Shown: positions 26,644 through 41,274 of the stretch, piece after piece
Layout of the letters: every line of letters starts with the position of its first letter
Position numbering within the stretch: position 1 is the first letter of the stretch
Assembly: GCF_009914755.1 (NCBI RefSeq)
Contig: NC_060945.1
From: the human T2T-CHM13v2.0 reference genome, Homo sapiens
Direction: 5' to 3' (one strand)
Length of the DNA stretch: 64,000 nucleotides
Notes under the pieces: generated by a model
The model's input: only the letters and a program-made list of their open reading frames with translations
Databases searched by the model: none
What the model was told of the DNA's origin: nothing
Position numbers and translations under genes: made by a program

Positions 26644-27731
26644 CTTACCTAGCATTTCTTTGTATCCCCCTTAAGAAAAACCATGCCATTGTTAAAAAGG
26701 AAAATATCTTTTCCTTTGACTATAGTCATAGAGCAAAAAGCATATTACTATGCTGTTTTTTGAATGCTATATAGCACTATTGTAGCCTATAAAACAATGA
26801 TGATAATATACTTTCCTAAGTGACTTCCTCATGTATAACTTTACTCTCCCTCTGGTAATAAGAACTGGGCAATTGATTGTACCTTTTTTTCTTCTACTTT
26901 ATTTCTCAGGAAATGAAGTAAAGACAATGGGCTTCATGGTGAGAAACTTTGTTATTACGGTCCTGACATATCACCAGGCAGTATTCAAGGGAAGAAGAAT
27001 TTAACATTTGTGACAGTTCAGTAGCTCTATTTCTGATGAATGAACAACAGCTGTAAATAGGCCTTTGGTAGGTGTTTTCAAAGTCTTTATGAGTTTTGGA
27101 GGCTATTTACTTAAAAAGCACACAATTTTCTAATTGTAACAGGTTATAGAAAACTAATACTTTACCAGAAAATCTAAATAGGCCTATTGTGACATCACTA
27201 TATACTAAATCACGTGACTAATTTACCAGTAAGAGTAAATAAAGCACTGAGGAAAATTTAACCCCCTGCACACATTGTATACTTCTCTATACATTGCATT
27301 TGTATTTTACCTCCTAGAATTCATACATTTTTTAGTAACTGGTACAATACATTAATTTTAGGACACCATCTTGTAAATAATGAGCACAATTTTTCTAGTT
27401 GCAGAAGAGTTGATGGAATTTCAACAGATATTAATTAATTATGAGGAATTTGCACATACATTTAATTCGAGAATCACTAACGGCTCTTCCACACCTATAT
27501 CCCACCATGTTTGCTTAGTAGTTTTATGCTTTTAATCACAGTGGTCACTTGAAAATTCATCAGCAAGATTACACAATTTTAATTACTTTCCATCTTTGAG
27601 AGCCATAAAAAGGTAGCATAAACCCTAAGTACAGTCTTAACTGGGACTCTGTGAACCACTGTTGAATGAGGTTTATTCCCTTCTAGACTTAGTCCCATGA
27701 AAGTCTCAAAATAAGGATTTGAGTGGGTTTA

Positions 27732-28127
<396 letters not shown>

Positions 28128-28570
28128 GATTTAGGAAGAGAAACATCCAGAAGAATCCAGAGTAAATATTACAACGCACTATCTGGCACACTTTTGAAAG
28201 TTGATGAACACTTGCTGAGTGAATCAATGAAGAAGTCAGCAAATCACTCAAGTTACATTTATAATTCTTTATCAAGCAGCTAGAGCTCTCTCATTAATTA
28301 AAAGCATCATAATTCCACTAGAATTAATAAATAAATATTAACAAAAGTCACATTTTTAGTACCTGAGGAAGCACATTTATTAGGTGTTAAAGCAAGTCTT
28401 CTCTCACCTGGTGGAAGACACACAAACAAAACCTGAGGGACTGTGCTGGCCAGGAGAATCTTGAAACAACTGGTACAAAAAGAAAGAGTTTTATTTGGAA
28501 GAGTTTTTTAAGAAGTGATATATGGCAAGCTATATTTAGCAAGAAATCTCAATCCTAATATTGATTCTGC

Positions 28571-29173
28571 TTAGCCAAACTTACTGGAAGGTAAATGCCA
28601 GGTCCTCCAGAGAGAGCACAAGCTTTAGAAATCACCAGAAGCATAGCTCAGAGATCTGAAGTTAGCTGACAATAAGGTTAGCGGTTGGCATCTGCTATGC
28701 ATCTAGTCAATGGCTGGCGACAACAGAAGACATAGGTCAAAGGGAAGCCACTATCAGACATATAGTTCAAGATCTAGTAGATACAAGAGAAGTGGGTCAG
28801 TGGATGGAAGCTGTTAATCAGGAATCTTGGTATGTGGTGTGTGTTGGTGGATGCCCTGAACTACAGACACAGGAAGTGGCAGGAACAAAGTGAGTTTCTT
28901 GGCAGAGTCTGGACACAGGACAATCAGTAGAAGGGCCGCAATAGATTTGACAGTTGCTGAACGCACATTTGGCTGGCTGGCAGCTGGTGGGTTTGTTACT
29001 GTTCTCCTGGCAGTTGTCCAGGACCCAGGTTGGAAACTACTAAGTAAGCAGAGGGCACCTCTTTAGCTCACTCTTCTAGAGCAGAGAAAAACAAATCAGG
29101 AAAAAAGAATGTAGCAATAACTCCTCAAAGAGCAGGAGCTCTCATTTCCAAAGCAGCAGTAGCTGAAACACAT
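28571..29173 (-). pseudogene. Unprocessed KRTAP pseudogene (KRTAP24/25/26-like, PMG family)
   Basis: ATG 29173: MCFSYCCFGNESSCSLRSYCYILFS*FVFLCSRRVS*RGALCLLSSFQ / TWVLDNCQENSNKPTSCQPAKCAFSNCQIYCGPSTDCPVSRLCQETHFVPATSCVCS...ANFRSLSYASGDF*SLCSLWRTWHLPSSKFG*. TATATAA at 29248-29254. Confidence 0.9.
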
Positions 29174-29761
29174 GAGTTAACAAAGTGAGTTTCAGAAGAT
29201 GTATAGAAGCTTTTTCAAATGTGCTCATCACCTTCTAAGCAAATTTCTTATATATCCTCACTGCTTTCTGGCAGTTCCGTATACTCACTCACTTCTGTCT
29301 TCCTGAGATTCTCTTACCTGATGTCATTCCCTTAATAGTTTGTTCGGATGTCCATGAAAATGCCCTCCAGCTTTCTTGTATAATTTTACTCATAATTTTA
29401 AATGTCGCAGCTATTAACCTTCATTCTTTTCATTTTGTCCAGGAAATGTTCAGAATCATAACTAGCTGAGATGGAATTCCTTCTTTAGAATATGGTGCAA
29501 GAAAGAGGGGAACATAAGTGCTCTTTTCCACAGGTGGTGGATACAACATGCCAAAGAATAGGTTAGTGGCTTGCAAAACAAAGATGACTTCTCATTCTTG
29601 AAGGTTTCACAGTTCTTTTTGTCAGCAAAAAGAGAAAAAATGTATACAATGTGGTGGGCTTTTTATAAACTAAACTCTTCAAAATAAAATATTATCATTT
29701 ATTCTAAGATTCTATCCAGATTGTATCTCCATATAAATTCACCCATTTAAATAACATACTA

Positions 29762-30069
29762 GGCCGGGTGTGGTGGCTCACACCTGTAATCCCAGCACTT
29801 TGGGAGGCCAAGGTGGGCAGATCACCTGAGGTCAGGAGTTTGAGACCAGCCTGGCCAACATAATGAAACCCCATCCCTACCAAAAACACAAAAATTAGCT
29901 GGGCATGGTGGCGGGTGCCTGTAATTCCAGCTACTCGAGAGGCCGAGGCAGGAGAATTGTTTGAACCTGGAAGGCAGATGTTTCAGTGAGCAGAAATTGC
30001 ACCATTGCATTCCAGCCTGGGCGACAAGAGCGAATCTTTATCTCAAAAACAAAAACAAACAAACAAAAA
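29762..30069 (+). mobile_element. Alu (AluS) with (AAAC)n tail
   Basis: Full-length two-monomer Alu. Confidence 0.95.
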
Positions 30070-33000
30070 CTAGCATGTAAAATTCAAATTAATTGGAACC
30101 CTACCTGAGGTGAATTGGATTCCAAAGTCCTGAGAGATTTTGCAAATGTTTTTATAGACCCTTGTGAGAACTAGAAAATTTACTAAGATTTGTTTGGAGG
30201 GTGCTCTTACATCTGGTTTATTCTGATTTAGTTTATTATTTCATTAAACAAAATCTAACCTATTCAAATAACAATATATTTAAAAGATTTTTGATACATG
30301 TGTCCAAATCCACACTTGGACTACAGTGATGAGTATCTGGTTCCCCACCTCCTCAACACCACTAAGTATTGTTAGCATATTTATTTTGACTGTTTGATGT
30401 GAAAAATAGTGTTTAGTTATTGAGCTAATAAGTATTCATTAGATGACTGGTGAGGCTTTCTATTTTGGTATATTTGTATTGATTATTTAGCTTCCTAGTT
30501 GTGGATCTTTATTGTCAGTTTTAATATCACTCAGTAAATGTATCTTTCATTTTAAAAAGAGATATTTTTCTTAAAAAAACAGAAGAAAATGAACATTTTC
30601 AGAAAGAGTAGTTTTGATGGATTCTGTATTGTCAAATTAACCTTTGCTTTGAAAAATACGGTGAATTTTTAGAAAAAAAAAAAGCCGATTCCTGGCCTGT
30701 CACTTAGAGGCTCATATTTAGAGAGTTGGAATTGGACCCAATAACTTGATTTACTTTGAGGATACATTTACAAAGCCTGGTTAGAAATCCACTGGATGAG
30801 AAAATTCCACAGACATTTGACAATTATCAAAGTCTCTGATTAGTATGTCTATATAAAATTAAAACAAACTCATTGCATTCCAAAAGATCTAAGATAGAAA
30901 CAATTTTCCATCGAACCTTCTTGGGGAAAGCTCTTATGCAACTTTCACCAAATATTTTATTTTGCAGAACTCCCCTGACAGACTTATATCAAATTGCTTT
31001 GACATTTGATAGATAGATTAGATTATAGAGTGACACATTGGATTAAAGGTTTAGTAGTGTGTGGCTTCCATGTGCCAAAGCATTAACATAGTAATATTTC
31101 TAAATTGCTTGTTTATAGATGTAGAAGATTCAGTAAAATGAGTGTCCATTTTACTGTCCAGTAAACTGTGGACCATTCACAGTCCACAGCTAAAAATGAA
31201 CTGTGGTCAGCACTTAGAATAATGCTTAGTATATAACAGCAACTCAAAAGTATTTGTTGATTAAATTATGCCGAATGATGTGTTTGAAGATGTAATTTTA
31301 AATAATGGTATTCAGCTGTGTTTCAGCAAACATAGTATGAGACTAACCCCGAGGAAATTTTTTTTCTTTCAAGATTTCTCTCTCCCTGTCTTGCTTTTTC
31401 TTCTTCATTTTTGCCATCTCTTCACACTACTGGGAAGGAAATAGAAAGCATTTTGTTCTCCTCACAGTTTCACCCTAATAATAAATAGAGTAATGAAGTA
31501 TAGGTCTCTTCATGGGAAACAAGGCAACAAGTATGCTTTAAAATACAGCAGTCTCTTTACCCTGTGGTTGAGAAAGTTCTGTAATCAATTCATAAATTTG
31601 TGTTACAGATATTTCTTATAGGCCATCATCACCTCCAGAGATTCAGCTCATGCTGACTTAACAATACCAGATATTTATCGACCAATAAGAATTTCATAAA
31701 GAAAATGGAAAGTGCTCTTCTGTTTTAATGGAGAATGAAGGCTCATCCATACAACTGTCCCTAGAGCAAACAGGAACAGACAGCGTGTTACGTGCGGGCC
31801 GCATAACATTTCCTTGTGTGGTCTTTTTTTTTCCACTGTATTGTTACATCTGATAATTGTCTATATTGGGAGCCAGAGGTAGATAGCACTTGTATATGGA
31901 ATTAAAAGGAACAGAAAAAGTGAAAAGGCAGCAAAATATTGTGTTTTTTTGTGTGTATCCTCTGAATTTGCCTCTGAAGTCATTGGCCTTGACTGCCTAG
32001 GTAAGGCTAAATTACTCCTTGGAAGGTTCTATAAAAAATTTCTTATTAAGTACACTACATTTTTTTAGGTCATGGAAATAAAATGATTTTGACATTTGCA
32101 ATAATGCTCTGATTTGAGTTTAGAAGAAAACATAGCCTGCAATTGATTTCACTAACTGGAGTGTGACCTATATTGCAAACCCTATATCCTTCCTTTAATT
32201 TTTAAATAATTAATTGCTAAGACATACAAATACTAAAAAAATTTGATTGTTTCTTCAGAGAATAGTAATGTCTTTTGTCTTTTTCTTTGGATGAAAAAAT
32301 AAGATAATAGCAGAGGAAATACAAAGCTAAAACACCTGTGATCCAGCACAACTGTCAGTTAGAAAAGTACAAGTCAATGTCCATAGTCAGCTGATTAAAG
32401 TTAAGCAGGTGCATCAAAAATGATGACAGGTACTTGTGCATAAGAAAGTACGAGCTTCCATAATTGAACTTGATTGCTCGATATCTTCATGTGGGCCTAT
32501 TTCATAGAATCATTTTAATGTGAATGTTTCTGTTATAAAAGGGATATGTTATGTTTTGCTAAATAATTGTATCTACATGTTGTAATAGAACTGGTCAATA
32601 TAGATATAATTAAGAAGGCCAACCATAATTTATTCAATATTGTATTAGTTCACAGGAATAATTTTAAAAACTTGACACTTTATTGACTGTTCTGCAATGA
32701 GGCATTAAGTAATAATATGGTGTTTATTATTAACTTCATATTTAGATAAACTTAACATGGGCTTTAAAGAATTTACTGAAGAGGATTAAATACATTTTTG
32801 AGGGGCCACACTCAATTATTTGATTAGATTAGATTACTACAGAAAGTAGCTTTGTATTCATTTTCTAATACTGAAAAGTTCTGGCATTTAGTTGAAAGAT
32901 CCGTATATCAAATGTCCAATCTGCAGTCCCCTTCCTTTGGATTCAAGTAAAGAACCTGTATCTGAATGACATGGTCAATACTATACTGTCTATACAGAAT

Positions 33001-34211
33001 GGCTGTTCCTCAGTTCACCCTTGTTGGGATATGAACTTTGAAGATTTCCTTTTAGTTTATCCTATAGCCTCTCACTAGTAGCACTTTTTGTATATGGCAC
33101 ATGATATAGGTGCCTCGTGTGCAGTAAATTGCCCGCTCATGTTGTCCCGGAGGCCTAGATGTCACGTAAAGGGCATTCACCTACTTGAAAAAGTTATTGC
33201 TTTCCATAGTATAAAATTACTGGAGTATGCATAGGACATGAAAACTTTCAGTAATCTGTGGGATTTTTCCTAATTAATGCTATCTATCAAGATAATTGTT
33301 ACACACCTCAGAGTATAAATAGCCACATATTGTATTTTAAAAGTAGATCTCTAGTTTCATTGCCAGATATCTCTCAGCACAAACTAGATTAGTATGAGAA
33401 CAACCTGCTTTTGTTTTAATGCACAAACCAAACTTTGAACATCTGCATTCCAAGTACAAAAAAAGTCCATTGTAAATATGTCAGCAAGAATTAATATCAT
33501 TAATGACATGCTTATTTGATCAAGGGAATACATTAAAATATAAAGAGTAATTTCCTATGAAAAAAAAGTAATAAGACCAGTAAAAAGGAACAGAAATGTC
33601 CAAAAAATTTGAGAGAAGAAAAGTGCTTGGAACTTGAATAAGGTCACAAACATTTAACTACTGTCATTGTGATATATGTCAGAAAAGTTATAGAACTAAG
33701 AAAGTTTTATGTTATGTATTTCCTTTAAAGCTTGCAATCAGGTTTACTCTGATATCTTAATATCTGTTTTGGTAATTTGTTAAGGTTTAAAAGGTGAGTA
33801 AAATGTTTACAAGGTATTGGCTGAGGAACTTTGTGTTGGAAGTTAATAAACATCAGTGTCAAATTGGAAAGATTTTGCATATTTATATTGCAAGGAAAAA
33901 GTCACTAGGCTTTCTTACTTGATTAGGAAGGGCACTTCCATATGTCATCTCTATGATTTGAAGTGGACTATACTTCTCCCTTCTATTGGTTTAAGAATTA
34001 CACACACTGTATATTCTTCTACCACGTAATAACTTAGAAGGATTTATTGAAAAGTTCAAAATATGCTGTTTTTGTTTTTATTCCATTGATGAAATAAATG
34101 CATGAATGGGAGTAACAGAATATATTAACACATCTAGAGAAAAATATTGTTGCTTATCCCTGCATAGCTGCTGGTACATCACAGATAGCAACAACAAAAA
34201 TCCATAACCAG

Positions 34212-34585
34212 TACTATGATTTGGATGTCTTCTCCATAACTCATGTTGAAATTTAACTGCCATTGTGATGATCTTGGCAAGTGGAACCTCTAAGTGGTGA
34301 TTAAGTGGCAGAGTCTTCATAAATCCTGTTATTTCATGAGTGGTTTAGACTCCTGGGAATGAGTTCCCCAGGATACCCTTTCTCTGTCTCACAGGCTCCT
34401 TTGTTCTCTCTCATCATGTGATATCTTCCACCATGTTTTCACACAGCAAGGGGATCCTTATCAGATGCAAACCCTCTATCTGGAATTTCCAGACTCCATA
34501 GCTAAGAACTGATAAAAATTTCTATTGTCTATAATTTGCCCAGTGTGTAGTATTCTGTTACAGCAATAGAAAATGGACTAGGACT
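34212..34585 (+). mobile_element. MaLR solo LTR (MST/MLT1A-like)
   Basis: actcatgttgaaatttaa...tattctgttacagcaatagaaaatggactag; 5-bp TSD ACCAG. Confidence 0.85.
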
Positions 34586-35559
34586 ACCAGCCAAAATCTT
34601 AGGTCAGAAACTAAAGTGACTCCAGTGAGACATTAGATGAATAACTAATTAACAACTCCTAAAAATTATAATTGCAAGCTTTAAAAAAATAATCTTATGA
34701 AAGAATAAGTCTTGTTATGTAACATGGACCACTTGGATCTTACTGTCTCAGCAAGATGCTATAATTCTTAGTAAGCAAAAATTAAATACTCATCTTTAAT
34801 TAGAAGTCTATCTTGTTGAACTTACTCTACTTTTGGAAAACAACCAATGATTGCTAAATACCTTTCAGACATAACTATTTGAGGTGACCCTGTTGGTGGC
34901 AAAGGGTCTAATGTATTGAACATATTGGCAAACTCTCTGATACTGCTCTTTCTTCACTCAATACCATCTAGCTGCACTGGGTTCCTTTTATTCTGCATTC
35001 TCCCCAAGTTCCTGCCTTTGATCTTGTTCTCCATGTCTAAAACCGTTGACTGCAGGGCACTCTCCTTTTAATATTTCTAGATATGATTCAAATGAAATTT
35101 TTGTTAAAGCCAAAATATCCCAACCTTGTTAAAATTAACCAGCTCCCCTCTTTTTATAATATAATTTGTATCCCCTTTATACTGTTTTATATACTCTAAT
35201 ATTATCATATTTCTTTATCAATATTTATGATTTATTTTTTGTCATTCCCCCAGATTGAGTTGTTTATTATTGTATTTCCAGAACATAGAAGAGGGCTTGG
35301 CATACGATAGAAATTCCTTATTATTGACTGAGCGCTTATGTATGCTGAAATTACTTCGAAGGATAAAAATGCGTTTATCAAATGATACGATGAATCACTG
35401 ACTGAATTATCAATCTGAAATGTTTAAGTAGATTCTCCCAACCGTTTCAGGGAACATAATCCAAAAAAAAAAAAAAAAAAGCAAAGAAAATGACTGGTTT
35501 AATGATTTAAATGATAAGTGGAACAATGAGTAAGTAATCATGTCACTGCATATGTTTTA

Positions 35560-37300
35560 AATATTTCACTCCATGCTTTTCTTGCATGCATGGCTTCTGA
35601 CAAGGAGTCTATTGTAATTCTTGTCCCAGTTTCTCTATAGATAAGGTATTTTTCCCCTGGCTTTTTCTTTTCTAAAGATTTCACATCATTTTTGTTTATC
35701 TGAAGTATGAATATGATATGCCTAGGTATAATAATCTTTTTGTTTTATTCTAAAATGCTGCTTGGTGTTCTCTGAGCTTCCTGAGTATGTGGTTTGGTGT
35801 TTATCATTAAAATTTGAAAGTTCTCCATCATTACTGCCTCAAAACCTTATTTCTTCTCCTTTTGACATTCAAGTTAAGAGTATATTATATGTTTTGAATT
35901 GTTCCATAGTTTTGGATGTCCTCTTCTGTGTTTTTGTGTTTGTTGTTGTTGTTTTTCTGTTTTTTTAATCTTTGCATTTCAGTTTGGGGCGTTTCTATTG
36001 GCTTAGCTTCAAGTTCACTGATTCTGCGCTTCACCATGACTAGTCTACTAATGAGACCATTAAAATAATTATTCGTTTATGTTGCAGTAATTTTTATTTC
36101 TAGTTTAATTCATTCTTTAAATTTCTATCTCCCTGCTTCCATTGTCCATCTGTCTTTATATGTTATTATATCTACTTTTCCCATTAGAACTCTAAATGTA
36201 TTAATCAGAGTTATTTTAAGTTGTGTCTGATGATTCCAATGTCTGTGTCATATTTGAGTCTGATGTGGATGCTTGCTTTTACTTTGGAGGCTGTGCTTTC
36301 ATTGCCTTTTGGTGTGTCTCTTAACTTTTTTGTTGAAAGTCACTTGTGCTATATTCAGTAGTAGGAACTGAGGCAAATTGGCATTTAATGTTAGATTTGA
36401 AATGATTCTGGCTAGAAGTTGGGCTGTGTTTAATACCTGCTGTAGTTGTAGGTGTCAGAGGCTTCAGATTTCTCTATTATCCTTAATTTTTGTCTACCCT
36501 CTTGGCTTTCAGCTGACCTAAGTACTCCTCCTTAGAGACGATCTGTTTCATGGAGCCCTTTCAACTATAATCCACTGTTATTAAACTGGAGCCTTGCCGG
36601 TGTGGGGCGAAAGATGGAGGAGAGGCGAAGCATTTCATAATCTTATAATTAAACCTCAGTCTTTTATTGGACCTGTGTCCCTGAGCTGTGAGCTTCACTG
36701 GTATTTCTTTGTCCTCCCTACTTAGGTGAGCCAGAAAAGGTAGTGCAGGCATCGTGTGGAATGGGAAAATACCCTTTCCTTGAGTTGAATAAGGTCCTGG
36801 TAAAGTCTTTTCTTCCTGAAGAGTAAGGATTTATGATGGAGGAGGTTCTGAGCATGCTTTTCTAGGATTATTCCTCTCTTTCTCTTGACAGAGCCATTTT
36901 GGCATCATCCTTGGATTTCTTCCATGAGAAACCTGTGGGATCCCTAGAGGCAAAAACCATGGAGTATATGAGGTATGAGGCATCCTTAAGACTGTAGCAG
37001 CTAGGAGGGTTGGATACACATGCTGGTACACACTCAGCCTCCAGAAATTCCTCAAATTTATGATTTAAGTGTTCCTACCAGATGATGGCTTCAGCAGCTT
37101 TTGCTCTAGGAAAGCATACTCCAGATGTGACTCTAGACTCACCTGCCTCCCCAGATTTTGGAGTGGAATTTGGCCCTCCAGACTTAGCTCTTTGATGGGT
37201 TCAGGAAAAGTCATTGATTTTCAAGTTGCCCATTGTTTTCTTGTTGTAAGACAATATTGGTGACTCTTAAGCTCCTTACGGGTTGGAATTGAAACCAGAA
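35560..37300 (-). mobile_element. Old L1M 5'/ORF1-region fragment
   Basis: T-rich antisense L1 similar to 15900-16560 (ggtgttctctgagcttcctg, ttcaagttcactgattct). Confidence 0.65.
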
Positions 37301-38539
37301 ATCCATACATTCCTTGAGTCATCATCCCCAATGGCATCACTTTCATTAATTTCTGGAAAAATTCTCTAAGCAAAAATATAGTTTCAGTGGAGAATGAAAT
37401 TAATGTTTATACTGGCAAGTGACTATTCAGAGTTAAGTTTAGAAAGAAGACTCAGAATCCAAATTCTACCCTCAAAATATCTGAATAATCTGTTAGACTA
37501 ACTCTGTTTTCATTTTTCTTATGTATGACTGATTTAAAGACTCTAATAATTATTAAGGTATATGTTTACTTTTACCTCAACCCATTTCAATCAAGATAAA
37601 GAAGAAGATGATTCTGTGTGTCTTTCTTATGTATTTGGTATGTGGAGTCTCATGTTGAAATTAAGGAAAAGTAGTGATGCTTCACAATTGCTTTTGATGG
37701 AGACTTACGCTTTCTTGATTAAAGTTCAGTTGAAAAGGGCAATGTATTATTTGTCCTTATGGTTTGACAAAATGACGTCAGCTTTTATAAAATCCAGTTT
37801 GAAAATGACTACATCCAGAAGGTTAATCACAAGGAACACAATGGTACCTGAATATTAATAAAGAAATATTTAAATTTTGTGAAAAGAGGAGCCTAAAGAC
37901 CTACCCTCCACTTACCTTACTCATGGGAATAAAACCTATACAACTAGAAGTCAAAACTTATCAGATAGTACATTGCCCTGTAATTTGCTTAAATAAATAA
38001 ATCTTCATATTACACTTGTAATGTAGTTTACTGTGGAGAAACACAGACTTTGAGAAAACTTAAAAATAAATCTCAGACAAGTAATTTACAATCTCTATGA
38101 CTGTGGCTAAATTATGAACAATTAGAGCTACTGCGCTGGATATTAAAGAAATTAAATTAATAAAATACTAAATCAGACATAGATGGCAATAGACAAGTAT
38201 CAAAGGTGGACTAAGGTATAGCTATTAGCAGGTCCTGTCTAGTCACGGGATAATTGATACAGAACTTTCCTTAATTCCTAGCGCTTGGACTTGTAAGCTG
38301 TGGGGAAATGAGAAGCAAACATTTGTTTCCCCCAGACTCAGGAAAGATAGCGTAAAACAAAACTCCAAAGGAAAAAATGTGAATTTCTCATCACCATCCA
38401 ATCAAAATGCAATCTACTGTCATTCAAATCAATAAACATTTACAGAGAGCCTAGTCATGGTACTGCCACAAAAGCAGCATTTGAAGGGCTCAAAGTGTAG
38501 AGGAGAGTTTATAAATGCAAATAATGAAAAATAAAACAT

Positions 38540-39700
38540 GTTAGTGAGGTAACGCTAGACAATTAGTCAACAGAACAGAACAGAGTCAAGAAATAGACCC
38601 ATCCATTTAAAGATAATGTATTTACGAAAAAAGGGGCACGGAACTGCAGAGTAGTAGAAAAAGGAGAGAGTTTTAGGTGATGGTGCTGATTCAACAGAAT
38701 TTTGACCCCTAACTCACATCACACACAGGCACACAGACACACACACATAAACACACAAACAGCTTTTCATTGATGGCATATTTAAATGTGGAAAATCAAA
38801 TAAGAAAGTTTCTAAAGTTAATATTTTTATTAATTTGGGGTAAACAAAGTTTTATTTAAAAGGATGAGAAAATTACTAACTATAAACAGAAGATCAATAA
38901 ATTAGATTCATTTCTGTTAATCTAAATACACCATTAAGGGCATAAAAAGACAAGGAATGATATGGAAGAAGTTAAGCTAAATATGTATACTCAACAAAGA
39001 GTTAATATCTAGACCATGTGAAGAACTATCCAATCCTGAAGACAGACAAACCTACTAAAAATAGGGACAAATGACATGGATGTTACTTCAAGCAAAAAAT
39101 TTAAATGGCCAAGAAACAAGAAACATTTTATTTAAAAAGTGCTCAATTCAATGGACCATCAAGAAAATTAAAAACAAAACAAACATTTTTTAGAATTACA
39201 TTCTCACTAGAAGTGCTAAATGTAAATAGGCTGACAACTTCAAGTGTTGGTGAGGGTGTAGAACAACTGGAATTCTCATACTCTGATAGTAGAAGTCAAT
39301 ATTAGCATAACTGCAAGGATAACTTTGTAATGGTGTAAAATAGAGCTGAACAAGCACATCCTACATAACTTAATTCCACCCTTACACATATTGCAGAATA
39401 GAAATAGATACAGATGTGTATTAAAATATAGCCGAAGAATACAAGAATATTCTGTACACTAATTCTAATAGATCCAAACTAGAAACAACCCAAAGGCTCA
39501 TCAACAAAAGAATGTATAAATATATTTTGGTGTTTTAACCTTGAATATTATGTACACAAAAAATTAAAAGACTACTGGTACATATAACAATATGGAAAAA
39601 TCACACATAATATTTAGTACAAGAAGACAGACACCAATGGGTAAATACTTTATAATTTCATTTTACAGTTCAAGAACATGCAAAAATTAGTTATGTATGT
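38540..39700 (+). mobile_element. Old L1ME-like ORF2 3' region
   Basis: gaaatagaccca, caagtgttggtgagggtgtagaacaactggaattctcatac, aaactagaaacaaccc. Confidence 0.7.
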
Positions 39701-41018
39701 TATATGTTAACTAAAATCTCATTTAAAATGATGTTAAAAATAACAGTTCAACAAGATTAACAGTAGACATATGGCTGAGATAAAATTCAGGCTGAGCCAA
39801 TGTGTGATTAGGGTAAGAGGCACAGAGAGGGCCGGGGAAAGGCTTCAAAAAATAGGGGATACAGATGTCACAAAATCAAAATATCCAGGAGAGCAAGCAA
39901 ATAAGGCAAATAATGAACCAGAATGAAATTAACAACAGTGGCATGATCATGATAGTAAGTGGAACTGGCATTCTGCTTCATTGTCAGGAAGTCTCTAGGG
40001 CAAGATTGAACTGAGAACCAGAAGTGTGTGCCCTGTCTAAAGGGAACAGCTGGGAGTTACTGCGAGCTGCCTGCCAATCACTTTCTTGCACAGTGATACA
40101 GTTTCTAGCTTTTCTAGCTATTCCAGTTCCTCAAAAAGGTAAATATTCAGGCTTTTAAAACTTTATTTCCTTTTAATTAATGAAATATATGCCCCCACAC
40201 ATTTTAGGTTGAGTGAGAGAAAAAATGTATCTTTAATTGTTACATGTCCCATAGCTTATAACTTCTGGCAAATTCTGTGATAGTTCAGGACTGTTTTGTT
40301 CACCTCAGTATCTTTTGTGCCTGGCATATAGTATGCAAGCAGTACCTTTGTTTCTGAATAAATCAAAAGATTAATTAATGAACTCAAGACTGTGTTTTTG
40401 TAAAAGCAAGTATGAGTTTTCAAAACAGAGCTGAAGAACATACCGCTCTCGATGATGACCTATGCAAAAGGATGGATGACTGTAAAAAGCATATGTTTGG
40501 GGACCCATGTGTAAGTCAGGATCGCAGGAGCTTAGTTTTATTATTTGCAATATTGAGCAAAAGAGCATGAAGCCAGAGAGGTATGGGGGAGAAAGACAGT
40601 GAGGGAACTAGGTGTCATGCTAAGAGGTTTGAATATTTATCTTATGGGAATAGATTATAGGAAGCCATCAAAGGCGTAAGCAGAAACTTGGTTAGGTTTG
40701 CAATTAGAAAGAACATTCTGGTGGAAGTGTGTTCATGGGGTAGAGAGATAAGAGACATCACTCCTAATTTTTCCTTTTCAAAACAGCTTTCCCAAGGACT
40801 TTTTGGGTCTCTCAAGTACATAGGGTCAGAAGTCTAAAAAGCAGCTTAAGGAATAAACCATCAAACAATCCCTCTACTGTCAGGTAAGAATATATGGTTG
40901 AGTATCACTTGTCCAGCTCAGTCATCTTGCAAGCAATTGACGTTGGTTATTTCTGTGTTGAAATTAAGTCATGAAACACAAAGCGCTGAACCAGATTCTT
41001 AATTTGGACTTAATCGCA

Positions 41019-41024
41019 TTTATT
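41019..41024 (-). terminator. Probable polyadenylation signal of KRTAP26-1
   Basis: AATAAA on minus, ~250 bp after the stop. Confidence 0.7.
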
Positions 41025-41274
41025 ATAGTGCAAAACAAATACATTCTTCCCAGACCAGAGCAACATTGAATAGCATTGTAAACTAATTTTTTTGATGTCA
41101 AGGAAAGATGAAAACAAGATAAAACATGCGAGAGAAGCAGCTTGCATTAGATCAGGCACAGTAAAACTAAGAAACATCAGTTGCTACTAGCAAAGAAGCA
41201 AAAGTCCATGGAGTTTGAATTTTTGTTGTGGATGCTCAGAGTGATTATTCACTGGAACAAAGAAGCTGCTGGTT

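Noticed and set aside
31780-31805. Small CpG cluster with TACGTG (HRE-like)
   Set aside because: Too short for a CpG island, and a single hexamer is expected by chance.
30100-41000. Possible eighth KRTAP remnant in the widest gap of the array
   Set aside because: I found no DNCQE-like core or decamer repeats by eye; the gap is largely L1 and LTR insertions. A profile search would settle it.
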